A stretch of DNA of 63,692 bases, the filler included, from Sphacelaria rigidula (lineage: Eukaryota), in the NCBI GenBank assembly GCA_964200075.2. It is 8 parts of 8 records of this genome, joined end to end, with 100 filler letters (N's around TTAATTAATTAA, not from the genome) between each part and the next. Parts side by side here need not be neighbours in the genome. Positions count along the whole stretch, not along the records: positions 55,819 to 63,692 come from CAXNAA020013150.1; 7 more parts are not named here. One strand, written 5' to 3'. Under the pieces are notes generated by a model. That model was not told the origin of the DNA. It worked only from the letters and a program-made list of their open reading frames with translations, and did no database searches. Below are positions 63,099-63,692 of the stretch, piece by piece (the stretch's first letter is position 1; each line of letters opens with the position of its first letter). The position numbers and the translations under genes were made by a program.

Positions 63099-63217
63099 CC
63101 TCCGGCGCGCAAGGTGTCCTTGATGTAGGCGGGTGCCTGGACCATCAGCTCGCGCGGCGGACACTTGACGAACATGCTCTTGGCCCTCTGAAGCACTGCT
63201 TCCCAGTCCTCCACCCC
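63099..63217 (-). CDS. Exon resembling the end of the TBC domain of TBC1D20/Gyp8-type Rab GTPase-activating proteins
   Basis: AAG|GVEDWEAVLQRAKSMFVKCPPRELMVQA...LRAG|GTGAGC; E.li.rA..lF...PP.eL pattern recalled from TBC1D20. Family assignment is tentative. Confidence 0.6.
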
Positions 63218-63554
63218 CTTAAACGAGTGATGCCACGCACAAAATACACGAGATAGCCGTTCACCACATGCGGAGTAAGGCAGCAGAAGAGGGGGGGAAC
63301 GGTCCGAATGTGCAAGATTCGCGACAACTGAACTAGAGTGTGACGCACAGGTTACGCCATATAGGGCTTGCAGATAGGGGGTAGTGGGTATCAAGCACAT
63401 GGAACAGACGCCGGAGACAGGAAGACAGAAAGACCTCCGAGATTTCCGCGAGTGACTTCAACAGAAAGGCTGGATGAATCCATCTGAGTGTTGTTATAAT
63501 CCATTTCGTCAAAGAAGGGGGCTGGCTACGAGGAGGAAGAATGGAAGTAGAATA

Positions 63555-63692
63555 CAGGCTGGTTCAGATTGAATACCCATTTTTTTCCCCGGCTGATGAC
63601 GAACGCAAAACCCTGCTAATATGCACAAATGCGGTATCATACTAACCGCAATGAACAGACAAAAAGGGTGACAGCCAGATTTTTGTTCAAGG
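63555..63692 (+). mobile_element. Left end of a second copy of the Tc1/mariner-type MITE
   Basis: TA-CAGGCTGGTTCAGATTGAATACCC...; aligns with 4515-4653 to the window end. Confidence 0.85.

Overview
This is eukaryotic, intron-rich, repeat-rich DNA. It is most likely from a brown alga or related stramenopile (inference from gene structure, microsatellites and TE types). It is not one locus: it consists of eight segments of exactly 7,874 bp (1-7874, 7975-15848, 15949-23822, 23923-31796, 31897-39770, 39871-47744, 47845-55718, 55819-63692) joined by identical 100-bp N/TTAATTAATTAA/N spacers, so adjacency across spacers is not informative. Partial spliced genes read by hand: an SR/Lys-rich RanBP2-type zinc-finger protein, a universal stress protein (USP), the C-terminus of a bacterial-type RoxA/YcfD ribosomal oxygenase, a C3HC4 RING terminal exon, a TBC1D20/Gyp8-like Rab-GAP, and three sulfotransferase exons. 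Mobile DNA dominates: a decayed Ty1/copia with a nested solo LTR, a decayed Mutator-like element with a Ulp1 protease, hAT-, Tc1/mariner- and piggyBac-type non-autonomous elements, foldback MITEs, tRNA-derived SINEs and minisatellites. The most interesting signal is an intact-looking, intron-containing sulfotransferase fragment inside the catalytic core of the dead Mutator transposase (Pack-MULE-like capture). Also notable are a hAT element filled with a hairpin-bearing ~42-bp array, a recurrent G-run terminal motif family, and an unidentified, multiply repeated degenerate coding module. All protein assignments come from motif recognition, not database searches.
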